DNA of 64,000 nucleotides from a virus (Duplodnaviria; Caudoviricetes): IMG/VR virus record IMGVR_UViG_3300028048_000039, positions 224,001 to 288,000 of that record; one strand, 5' to 3'. Shown piece by piece: positions 56,968 to 64,000 of this stretch (position 1 is its first letter; each line of letters starts with the position of its first letter). The notes under the pieces were generated by a model. It saw only the letters and a program-made list of their open reading frames with translations, ran no database searches and was not told where the DNA came from. The position numbers and the translations under genes were made by a program.

Positions 56968-57867
56968 TTATTCTTCTAATTCTTTCTTCTTCAACTGGAA
57001 ATAAAGTTCATAATATTTTTTCATATTGTCCCTAATTTCCTTTGTTGTCATCATTGTTTCTTCCCTAAGGAAGTAAAGAATTGTACTCTTTTGAAGTTTA
57101 TTGCTTCCTTCAGGGAGTACCTTGTCCCAATTACGGAATAAGTTTACCAATGCCATACCAACGGTCACCTCTTCCTCGTCCAAGTGATATTCCTCAGCAT
57201 TTTCTATCATCTTTTCAATACCATCTGATACTTTAACGAGCACTTTCTCAGAAATGCCAAAGTGTTCATCTTCTTCTGTTGAGTATTTTGAATTATTATT
57301 CAGTTCCTCAAACATTGTATCATAGGACATATTTCTCTTTCTCTTTTTACTGTATTGGCTACATTTATACATAAGGTAGTTCCTGCATACGGTTCCACAA
57401 TATGAGTAAGCTTTATATCTTTTTTTAACTTTTTTGTAGTTTTTCTCAGTTGTTTCTCCAGTTTCCATGTCAGTGAAGATTACCTTTATATATTCAGGGT
57501 CCGCATCTGTTGCACCGTTTTTCTCTAGGTCGTGAAGCTCAGCGTCAGTTAAAATTGTAAAAGTTTTACCAGCAGCTTCTTCTACTGGAATTTCCTCATA
57601 CTCGTTTATTACTGGTTTATAATGGCTAATCTTCGTTAAAAGATAGGAGATTGTATCATTAAAGTTCTGATAGAACTCTTCATCCGGGACAAATAATTTA
57701 TAGCGTCTTATAATTGATTCTATCATCTTAGTAAGTGCTGGCTGGAGAATGGTGTTGAATATAGCATTTCTATCATCTTCACTACCAGCATTTATGTAAT
57801 TTACGACTGCTTGTTCTTCTTTTTCACGGAAATAATTTTTTTCCTTTGGTTTTCTTCCTCTTTTCAT
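56968..57867 (-). CDS. Late transcription sigma factor (T4 gp55-like, region 2)
   Basis: NYF..EEQAV..Y...RNAIFN..L..ALTKMIESII...DTISYLLTKI..YKP...KAYSYCGTVCRNYL. Confidence 0.65.
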   Translation of the reverse strand: MKRGRKPKEKNYFREKEEQAVVNYINAGSEDDRNAIFNTILQPALTKMIESIIRRYKLFVPDEEFYQNFNDTISYLLTKISHYKPVINEYEEIPVEEAAGKTFTILTDAELHDLEKNGATDADPEYIKVIFTDMETGETTEKNYKKVKKRYKAYSYCGTVCRNYLMYKCSQYSKKRKRNMSYDTMFEELNNNSKYSTEEDEHFGISEKVLVKVSDGIEKMIENAEEYHLDEEEVTVGMALVNLFRNWDKVLPEGSNKLQKSTILYFLREETMMTTKEIRDNMKKYYELYFQLKKKELEE

Positions 57868-58005
57868 TTTTTTGCTGTAGTTAATCCCTACTTAGCAAAC
57901 ATCACTTCTACATTATAAAAATGTACTTTCCAAATATCACACTAAAAAGCAAGTGTCTTTCCTTTGATGTTCGGGGAGTGTTACCTCCCCGTTAAGCATC
58001 TTAGG

Positions 58006-58776
58006 TTATTCTTCATATTCATAGTGTGATAGGTCTCTCTGACGTAAGAAGAAGTAATCCTTTTTAGCCAGTTCAATCCACCACTCTGCCTCATTATCAC
58101 TTATTTCCTTATTATATCTCTCAGAAATTGAGTTAGGCCTACCCATTCTGTGTATGTAACCAATCTTTGGAATGACATACATCTTCTTTCCCTTGTAGAG
58201 GGCTCTAAGTATGAATTCATACCAGAACACTAACTTGATTGCTGGTTTAAGCTCTCCAAGTGTCTTAAAATCTTCGGTTCTAAAGATTGCACCTGAAACG
58301 TTGAAGTTAAAGTAGTCCATAAATGAGTTAAGGTCGAGATAACCAACTTCCTCAGAGAAAGACGTTGCCCAATATGCCTCATTTGCAAAACCAACCTCTC
58401 TTCCGGTAGCGTCATCAAGTACTGTAGTTAATGGGAGATATGCAAACATGTTCTCAATATCATTATTGATATATTTCTCAACGTTCTTAAACCAAATTGG
58501 ACTGTATCTATCATCAAATTCAAGTACTGAGAAATACTTTGTCTTAACATTTTCCACTGCATAATTGACTTGTGATGGATATGAAAAATCATTTGTTTTA
58601 TTTTCAAGCAATTCAAGACCGTCGGCATTCTCAACGGTTTTAAGTGCGTCTGCACTACCCACTACAAGTATCTTCTCGGCGTTTCCCTTAGCACTTTCAA
58701 CTGCTGAAGTAAATAGCTGTTTTGTTGTAGTGTCATTAAGTTCTATAATTGGTATAATAATAGTAAGGTCTTTCAT
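58006..58776 (-). CDS. Glycosyltransferase family 2 (GT-A)
   Basis: LTIIIP, QVNYAVE, FSVLEFDD, SGAIFR, YEFILR, IPKIGYIH. Confidence 0.75.
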   Translation of the reverse strand: MKDLTIIIPIIELNDTTTKQLFTSAVESAKGNAEKILVVGSADALKTVENADGLELLENKTNDFSYPSQVNYAVENVKTKYFSVLEFDDRYSPIWFKNVEKYINNDIENMFAYLPLTTVLDDATGREVGFANEAYWATSFSEEVGYLDLNSFMDYFNFNVSGAIFRTEDFKTLGELKPAIKLVFWYEFILRALYKGKKMYVIPKIGYIHRMGRPNSISERYNKEISDNEAEWWIELAKKDYFFLRQRDLSHYEYEE

Positions 58777-58779
58777 CTC

Positions 58780-59886
58780 TTATTCCTCCTTAGCTTTAAT
58801 AACATTATTTTCTACATCAATTCTCACTTCCTCAAACTCCTTAAGTCGTCTTTCGAAGAACCCCTTGACGTAAACTTCCTCAATTTCTTTTTCCTGAGCT
58901 TCCTCTGAATAAAGGCCAAATGTCTCCTTTGCGCCATCATGAACTTCTGCGGGAACCTTATCGGTAATCCAGGTCTGAACGACATTTGGAAGAATGTTTG
59001 AAAGTTCATCAACATTATTAAACCATAATACTGATTTACTAATCTCACCGTCCTTAACCATCCAATCTGATAATTCATTAGGTACTTTTGCCAATACAAT
59101 ACCACCGCATCTAAGTGCTTCAAGGAGTGAATAACCAAATGTTGTAGAGTCATCATCCCAAATGGTGATTGCGGCTTCTCTCAATGCTTCAGCAAATGTT
59201 TCCTGTGAAAGGCCTCTCAATTCACGGAAAGATACCCACTTATACTCAGGATTTTTCCAGTAGAAAGGTTTAACTATTCTATTCATTTCACTCTGGTCCT
59301 TGCAGATGACGTTGATAATCATCTTTCTTGGGGTTGTTTCATTGTCCCTAAACACTTTCTTAATAGAAGGTGAAACAATGTGGGTTCTAAGTGTAGGAAA
59401 ATACTCCTTAATTCTATTCTCCTGCCCCTTAGTGGTTACAACAGCATCTATAATATTAACAGTATCAAATGTGTGCGAAATTGGAAGAAACTCGGTTACG
59501 TGATAAGCATTTTGAACAATTGCGACTCTCTTGCAAGAGAGGGTCTTTGTCTGTATCATTACATTTGCAAATATTTCAGGAATGAAGATAAAGTCACAAG
59601 GACCAATCTCAACATTGTCAGTTTCGATATTAGAATGTTTCAATTCAGCATATTCCTTGCCGAGCCAATCACCAACACCGACAAAGTCCTTTTCCTGATG
59701 GAGCATGGTTACGTCATAACCCTTCTTTGATAGAACTAATGCGGTTTGGTAAATATATTCCAATGCACTGGAAGGATTTCCCTTTGTATCAAGAATAAAG
59801 AAAAATATCTTGAATGTCTTGTTTTTTAATTTTGAGATGTTTTCATCTGTTATTTTCAGCATCTCACTCTTAGTTAATTCTGCCAT
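58780..59886 (-). CDS. GT-B (family 4-like) glycosyltransferase
   Basis: GYDVTMLH, IFIPE, TFGYSLLEALRCGGIV. Confidence 0.65.
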   Translation of the reverse strand: MAELTKSEMLKITDENISKLKNKTFKIFFFILDTKGNPSSALEYIYQTALVLSKKGYDVTMLHQEKDFVGVGDWLGKEYAELKHSNIETDNVEIGPCDFIFIPEIFANVMIQTKTLSCKRVAIVQNAYHVTEFLPISHTFDTVNIIDAVVTTKGQENRIKEYFPTLRTHIVSPSIKKVFRDNETTPRKMIINVICKDQSEMNRIVKPFYWKNPEYKWVSFRELRGLSQETFAEALREAAITIWDDDSTTFGYSLLEALRCGGIVLAKVPNELSDWMVKDGEISKSVLWFNNVDELSNILPNVVQTWITDKVPAEVHDGAKETFGLYSEEAQEKEIEEVYVKGFFERRLKEFEEVRIDVENNVIKAKEE

Positions 59887-59905
59887 ATCTTATAGTTTAA
59901 TCATA

Positions 59906-60274
59906 TTATTCATTTACTTCTTCTAAAACTCCCCATGAAATTAATGTATTAGCTGCAAGTGCGAGGCTAAATGTCCATTCAAAGTCACCTTCAGGGGCTG
60001 CATTGTCTAACAATGATAAAATGAGAAGTTTTACAAAATCATAGATAATCATATCATTTTGCGGATTTCCCTGCGTCTTTGTCTCATGTTCAACCTTAGA
60101 TGCCAATGCAAATTCACCGTTCTCCTGTGCCTCATAAGCTTGAGAGATTTCCATTTCACTAGTACCACCACTCTTTGAAGAACTAAGACAGATTTCCGTT
60201 AGTTTCTGAAGATTTAATGCATATTTCTTTCCTTTAAAAGAAATATATTTCTCGTTTTTGTTAAAAAGTTTCAT
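59906..60274 (-). CDS. Hypothetical protein
   Basis: 122-aa ORF, ATGA-coupled. Confidence 0.65.
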   Translation of the reverse strand: MKLFNKNEKYISFKGKKYALNLQKLTEICLSSSKSGGTSEMEISQAYEAQENGEFALASKVEHETKTQGNPQNDMIIYDFVKLLILSLLDNAAPEGDFEWTFSLALAANTLISWGVLEEVNE

Positions 60275-60867
60275 TTTTCAAATAGTTTTATTGTATTATC
60301 TTTATTCTTTAAGAATGAACTTAAACTCTTATAAGAATAATCAGCCTCAGCATCCTTATTATAATCAGTACTTATCTTAATTGCCGTCTTTCCCTCTGGC
60401 TTAATCGCTAATAAGTCTGGGTTTGCAGTAATTAGGATATCGCATTTATCCCAAATTGTCTTTGAATCTGTTGGAAGATAAACCTCTCTTATCTTAGTTC
60501 CTAATTTTGAAAGGAAAAAGTAAGTATTCCCAATTGATAGGCCATATTCCTTAGTTGATACAAATAACAACTCAATATCTTCGTCAGTATCAATGTCCTT
60601 GAGCGTCTGTTCAGTCCATTCATTAAGCTCGGTAGCCGTCTTCCTCGAACAAGTACCGCACTTTCCAAAGAGTTCAAACGCATAGTCAGCATATACAAAA
60701 TTATTATATGATGCTTCACTCTTAAATGGAAAAACAGCAGACATATCATTACTCCAAAACTCGAAGTCTGAGAGGTCAAATTCATGATTATAGCTTTCCA
60801 AATAATACTTTATGAAGTTATTTGAAAAATCCCTCACAACATCGTTTAAATCAATTGCTATTCTCAT
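60271..60867 (-). CDS. HAD-superfamily 5'(3')-nucleotidase-like protein with a degenerate motif I
   Basis: MRIAIDLNDVVRD (DxN instead of DxD); CDILITANP; YN near the C-terminus. Confidence 0.6.
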   Translation of the reverse strand: MRIAIDLNDVVRDFSNNFIKYYLESYNHEFDLSDFEFWSNDMSAVFPFKSEASYNNFVYADYAFELFGKCGTCSRKTATELNEWTEQTLKDIDTDEDIELLFVSTKEYGLSIGNTYFFLSKLGTKIREVYLPTDSKTIWDKCDILITANPDLLAIKPEGKTAIKISTDYNKDAEADYSYKSLSSFLKNKDNTIKLFEK

Positions 60868-61855
60868 TTGTTATTTTCAGTATTGTTTTTTCAAAATTAT
60901 TTTTTTCTTCTTCTCTCTTCTGTCTTCTCATGAGAGTACCTAAGTCGATACCATCACGTTTAGGGGCCTCAGATTTATATTTTTCAGTTAATTCTTTCTT
61001 TTCAAACTTCTTAGGAATATAAGTTCCGTCCTCTACTATGTTACAATCAAATGTAATGACAAAATGCCCGTCAAACCTGTTAATACTTTCTGGCTTAATG
61101 TCATCATATACAAATCGGCAGAGGTCCTTACTGTTCCACGCCTTATAAGAAACCCATGACATTTCATCAAAGTTAATTATATCAGACCTGAAATTCTTGG
61201 TTTCCTCGATGGTATGGAGGTTAGAAATTAATATCGCATCAATTTTACCAAACTGGCTTGCCATGATTGGTAGGTAAAGGTCAACCTTAGCTCTCTTAGC
61301 CCCTTCTTCTTGTCTTACAACCATCTTGAGGACAAACTTCTCAATTTCAAACCTTGAAATAAAGCCATTTCTCTTAATTGTAAGCGTTGTGTCATAGTCA
61401 TAGAGTCCATTTGGCATCTCTGCATTGTAAATCATTGTATGTTTTGCAGTATCAAAGTTGTCCTGAATTGTCCTTACCGGGAGTTCATCTTCACCATAGA
61501 CTTTTATTCTCTTTTCAAAGTCTAACTTTGTTTTTTTCTTCATCTTCTTGTCAGCACCGATGAATTCTAATTCACCATCAGGACGTTCTACCATAGTAAT
61601 TGTTGAGGTATCTACATTCTTTGATTCTTCATAAACACGATAGTGCTTATCACGAACCTCTTCCACTTCTTGTGTTACCTTTTGCTCAAGCAAGTCATTC
61701 ATAACGCCCCCAGACCGTAGATTTTGGTTAATTTCAACGTCACTATCCTTTCTATCGGAAGTTCCATTAAAAATCTTATCTGCGGATATCATACCTTGGA
61801 AAAAGGAAAACCAGAGTAATGTAAAAAACCTCTTTATCTTACTTATTATCTTCAT
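60851..61855 (-). CDS. Hypothetical protein with an N-terminal hydrophobic/amphipathic segment
   Basis: 334-aa ORF within the operon. Confidence 0.65.
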   Translation of the reverse strand: MKIISKIKRFFTLLWFSFFQGMISADKIFNGTSDRKDSDVEINQNLRSGGVMNDLLEQKVTQEVEEVRDKHYRVYEESKNVDTSTITMVERPDGELEFIGADKKMKKKTKLDFEKRIKVYGEDELPVRTIQDNFDTAKHTMIYNAEMPNGLYDYDTTLTIKRNGFISRFEIEKFVLKMVVRQEEGAKRAKVDLYLPIMASQFGKIDAILISNLHTIEETKNFRSDIINFDEMSWVSYKAWNSKDLCRFVYDDIKPESINRFDGHFVITFDCNIVEDGTYIPKKFEKKELTEKYKSEAPKRDGIDLGTLMRRQKREEEKNNFEKTILKITNENSN

Positions 61856-62045
61856 CTATTACCTTATCAAGTTCTTTTTCAAGCTTATTTAAGATTTCTG
61901 AATAAAATTTGTTATATTTTTCAAACTTCTTATTAAGTTCACTATCTTCCTTAATGGTCCAGTCATAGTTTCTTAATGACCTTTCATATTTCTGGCAAAC
62001 AATTCTCGCTGCCTTCTCTTGTTTCAATAATTCTTCTAACTTCAT
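61839..62045 (-). CDS. Small helical protein
   Basis: 68 aa; first gene of the operon. Confidence 0.6.
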   Translation of the reverse strand: MKLEELLKQEKAARIVCQKYERSLRNYDWTIKEDSELNKKFEKYNKFYSEILNKLEKELDKVIDEDNK

Positions 62046-62125
62046 GATTTTTTATTAAAAAAATAAATGCGGATAAATAAAAAGTCAAGATTTTATACTA
62101 TTTATAAAAAAGTATTTTTTAAAAG

Positions 62126-62587
62126 ATGTTAATTTCAGAAGAAAAGTTAAAAAATATAATAGCTGAGAGTATTGCTGAGGAGTTGGACGAGTCACTTTTT
62201 ACACAAAAACTTGGTGGTGCAATTAGAAAAGGTGTAAATTGGGCTGGAAATGCCTATAATAAGACAAAAAACTTCTTAAGGAATGGATATAATGACTTTA
62301 AGAAGGGTTATGGTGTTCAACAAAACACGCAAAGACATACTAATGCTACACCTCAGCAGCAACAAACAGTTGATTTAAGTAAGCCACATCAGTTGCCAAA
62401 CTTGCTTCAAAACCCAGTTGTCAAGAGACAGAGGACACGTAAGCAGCAGCCAGCACAGCAGACACAACAAAACCAAAACACCCAGCAACCACAGCAGCCA
62501 ATACAGCAAGGACCAACATTTACTAATCAAAACGATAATAAAAACTTTGGTGGCGGTTATGGAATGGATTATGGTACTGAAGAATAA
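62126..62587 (+). CDS. Leader-bearing Gln-rich internal virion protein
   Basis: Late motif at 62098; MLISEEKLKNIIAESIAEELDE; amphipathic basic helix; Q-rich tail. Confidence 0.7.
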   Translation: MLISEEKLKNIIAESIAEELDESLFTQKLGGAIRKGVNWAGNAYNKTKNFLRNGYNDFKKGYGVQQNTQRHTNATPQQQQTVDLSKPHQLPNLLQNPVVKRQRTRKQQPAQQTQQNQNTQQPQQPIQQGPTFTNQNDNKNFGGGYGMDYGTEE

Positions 62588-62639
62588 TTTTTTTAACTTA
62601 TTAAACTATTTATTAACAGTAAAAAAAAAACAATGTATT

Positions 62640-62792
62640 ATGGCAAGTTCAAGGAAAGGGAGTTCTGCAGCTAAACGAGTAACATCTGTTAAACAAGTTG
62701 TTAAAAGACCATTAGCAACTAGGACCGCTGCTACAAAGAAACCACAACAAAGGAGGGTCACAAAGAGAATAATCTATAAGAGGTATATTTAA
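62640..62792 (+). CDS. 50-aa very basic protein
   Basis: Late motif at 62606; MASSRKGSSAAKRVTSVKQVVKRPLATRTAATKKPQQRRVTKRIIYKRYI, no acidic residues. Confidence 0.65.
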   Translation: MASSRKGSSAAKRVTSVKQVVKRPLATRTAATKKPQQRRVTKRIIYKRYI

Positions 62793-62794
62793 GA

Positions 62795-62826
62795 AATAAG
62801 GCGCAAATTCTGCGCCTTATTCTTTA
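62795..62826. terminator. Bidirectional intrinsic terminator
   Basis: AATAAGGCGCA...TGCGCCTTATT. Confidence 0.75.
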
Positions 62827-63146
62827 TGTATATCTATTCTAATCCTCGCCATTACAGGCTCGGCATCTTTCTTGACCTCTTCTATAAATAATTCACTCGG
62901 TAATTCAAAGGAAAAAGCTCTTGGCGGGCAATGCCAACTAACTGAATCCTTTTCCGTTGGCTTCTCGGTATATAAGGCAAGGCCAACCTCATCCCTAGCG
63001 AGGTAGCAAAAGTCCATAGTAGCTGATTTGACATTTTCTCCATCGTCTTGAAGCGCTAACAACTCAGCTAGCTCCTGTTTGCTTTTCCTAAGGTACATAT
63101 TTACCTTATCATTAAATGTCTGTGGAACTTCAGTATAATAATTCAT
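62817..63146 (-). CDS. Hypothetical protein
   Basis: YLARDEVG.ALYTEKP motif. Confidence 0.6.
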   Translation of the reverse strand: MNYYTEVPQTFNDKVNMYLRKSKQELAELLALQDDGENVKSATMDFCYLARDEVGLALYTEKPTEKDSVSWHCPPRAFSFELPSELFIEEVKKDAEPVMARIRIDIHKE

Positions 63147-63736
63147 TATTCAGCGGCTTTAATTTTCTTATATTTTTCCTTTTCAATGGCGTATGCAAGT
63201 TCATTTGCCTGACGAATAATGGTCGTTATGATGTTCTTGAACCCATTCTTCGTGACATCTTCTTGTTCATCGAGAGCCTTTACTGCCTCAAATTCAATTG
63301 GAGTAATCTTAACACCATTATTTAATGCTTCAAGGAGGCTTCTCTCACCACCCTTAAGTACTCCTTCGTTTTTGTCGTTAAACTTGAATAACAATCCACG
63401 GTTATTAGCTTCCCATTCATTGTCATTTTCAACAAACATAAAACGTTTTGAGAGGTGAATGATACAACAGCATTTCAATAATGTTGGGATGTCAATGTCA
63501 AATGTTCCAGAAATCATCTTCGCCATCCTCTGTGCAATGGCAATAAACATATTGATATGCATTAGGAGAGCGCCCTTGTACGCAACACCAGAGTCTTCGT
63601 TTAAACCACAAGGAGCGTTGGTAAGCTCTTCTCTAAGCTTATCAACATCATAAAATTTATCCAGCCCAACGCTTTCAAAAGTTTTATAAAATTTGACCCA
63701 TTCGTTAATGGCTACTTCTTCTGTTAATTTTCTCAT
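63146..63736 (-). CDS. HD-domain-like protein with degenerate metal ligands
   Basis: AP...AYKGALLMH...CCIIHLSK...GERSL...EFEAV; early promoter TTTG-N20-TATATTGC at 63764-63795. Confidence 0.55.
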   Translation of the reverse strand: MRKLTEEVAINEWVKFYKTFESVGLDKFYDVDKLREELTNAPCGLNEDSGVAYKGALLMHINMFIAIAQRMAKMISGTFDIDIPTLLKCCCIIHLSKRFMFVENDNEWEANNRGLLFKFNDKNEGVLKGGERSLLEALNNGVKITPIEFEAVKALDEQEDVTKNGFKNIITTIIRQANELAYAIEKEKYKKIKAAE

Positions 63737-63833
63737 ATCTTCACGTTTTTTCCCAATTCGATAGCAATATATAAAAAAAATACTAGAAAAACAAACTTTT
63801 AAGACTATTTATGTAGAAAAATAGGCCTAAGAG

Positions 63834-64000
63834 ATGAGAGTTGCAATAAATGAAAACGACATAAGACGAATGGTGAGTGAGTGTGTGAGATTATTGACTG
63901 AAGACAGAGAAGGAAAGAATATAAATCTTGCAAGAAAGTTCCTTGAAACGAGGGGTATTGATGACTTAGAGAGAAGACAAGAGATACTTGATGATGTTCG
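63834..64000 (+). CDS. 5' part of another leader-bearing cargo protein, paralogous to the N-terminus of the 18640 polyprotein
   Basis: Late motif at 63805; MRVAINENDIRRMVSECVRLLTE-DREGKNINLARKFLE versus IIKE-SREGKNIAKARHYLE. Confidence 0.75.
   Translation, partial: MRVAINENDIRRMVSECVRLLTEDREGKNINLARKFLETRGIDDLERRQEILDDV

Noticed and set aside
62418-62792. 124-aa ORF or frameshift at the A10 run (62621-62630)
   Set aside because: The upstream gene stops at 62587 and a late motif at 62606 precedes the run. The real gene most likely starts at ATG 62640.
1-64000. Stop-codon reassignment (TAG to Gln, as in Lak phages)
   Set aside because: All core genes are full length in the standard code, and TAG/TGA occur at plausible gene ends (44303, 34620, 47521, 910).

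Overview
A 64 kb, AT-rich segment of a very large T4-type (myovirus-like) jumbo phage genome read in the standard genetic code. The host is most likely Bacteroidota, because early genes carry TTTG-N19-20-TATATTTG promoters. The window contains the head module (gp21-like prohead protease, acidic scaffold/core proteins, gp23-like major capsid, gp17 terminase, gp13-like neck, gp20 portal), some baseplate genes and a gp55-like late sigma factor. It also has host-like genes (RecD2, UvrD-like helicase, Hsp20, IF-1, ClpC, AAA ATPase, glycosyltransferases) and an amidase endolysin. About 18 copies of a CTATTTAT motif precede virion genes and probably form the late promoter. The most striking structure is a putative virion-cargo system. 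About ten proteins carry a related N-terminal leader ending in (L/I/V)-x-E, the gp21 cleavage signature. Two giant polyproteins (1349 and 1999 aa) string enzyme-like modules together with the same leader or cleavage motifs at the junctions. The modules include a five-copy C...YDxYGLSMI...RWNH domain, WG repeats, a HEXXH peptidase, a nucleotidyltransferase and an InPase-like domain. Other candidates are an A9 -1 frameshift in a core protein, two promoter-plus-terminator-bounded structured small RNAs, and a ClpC with a degenerate first ATPase site. All calls come from motifs read by eye; no database search was run.
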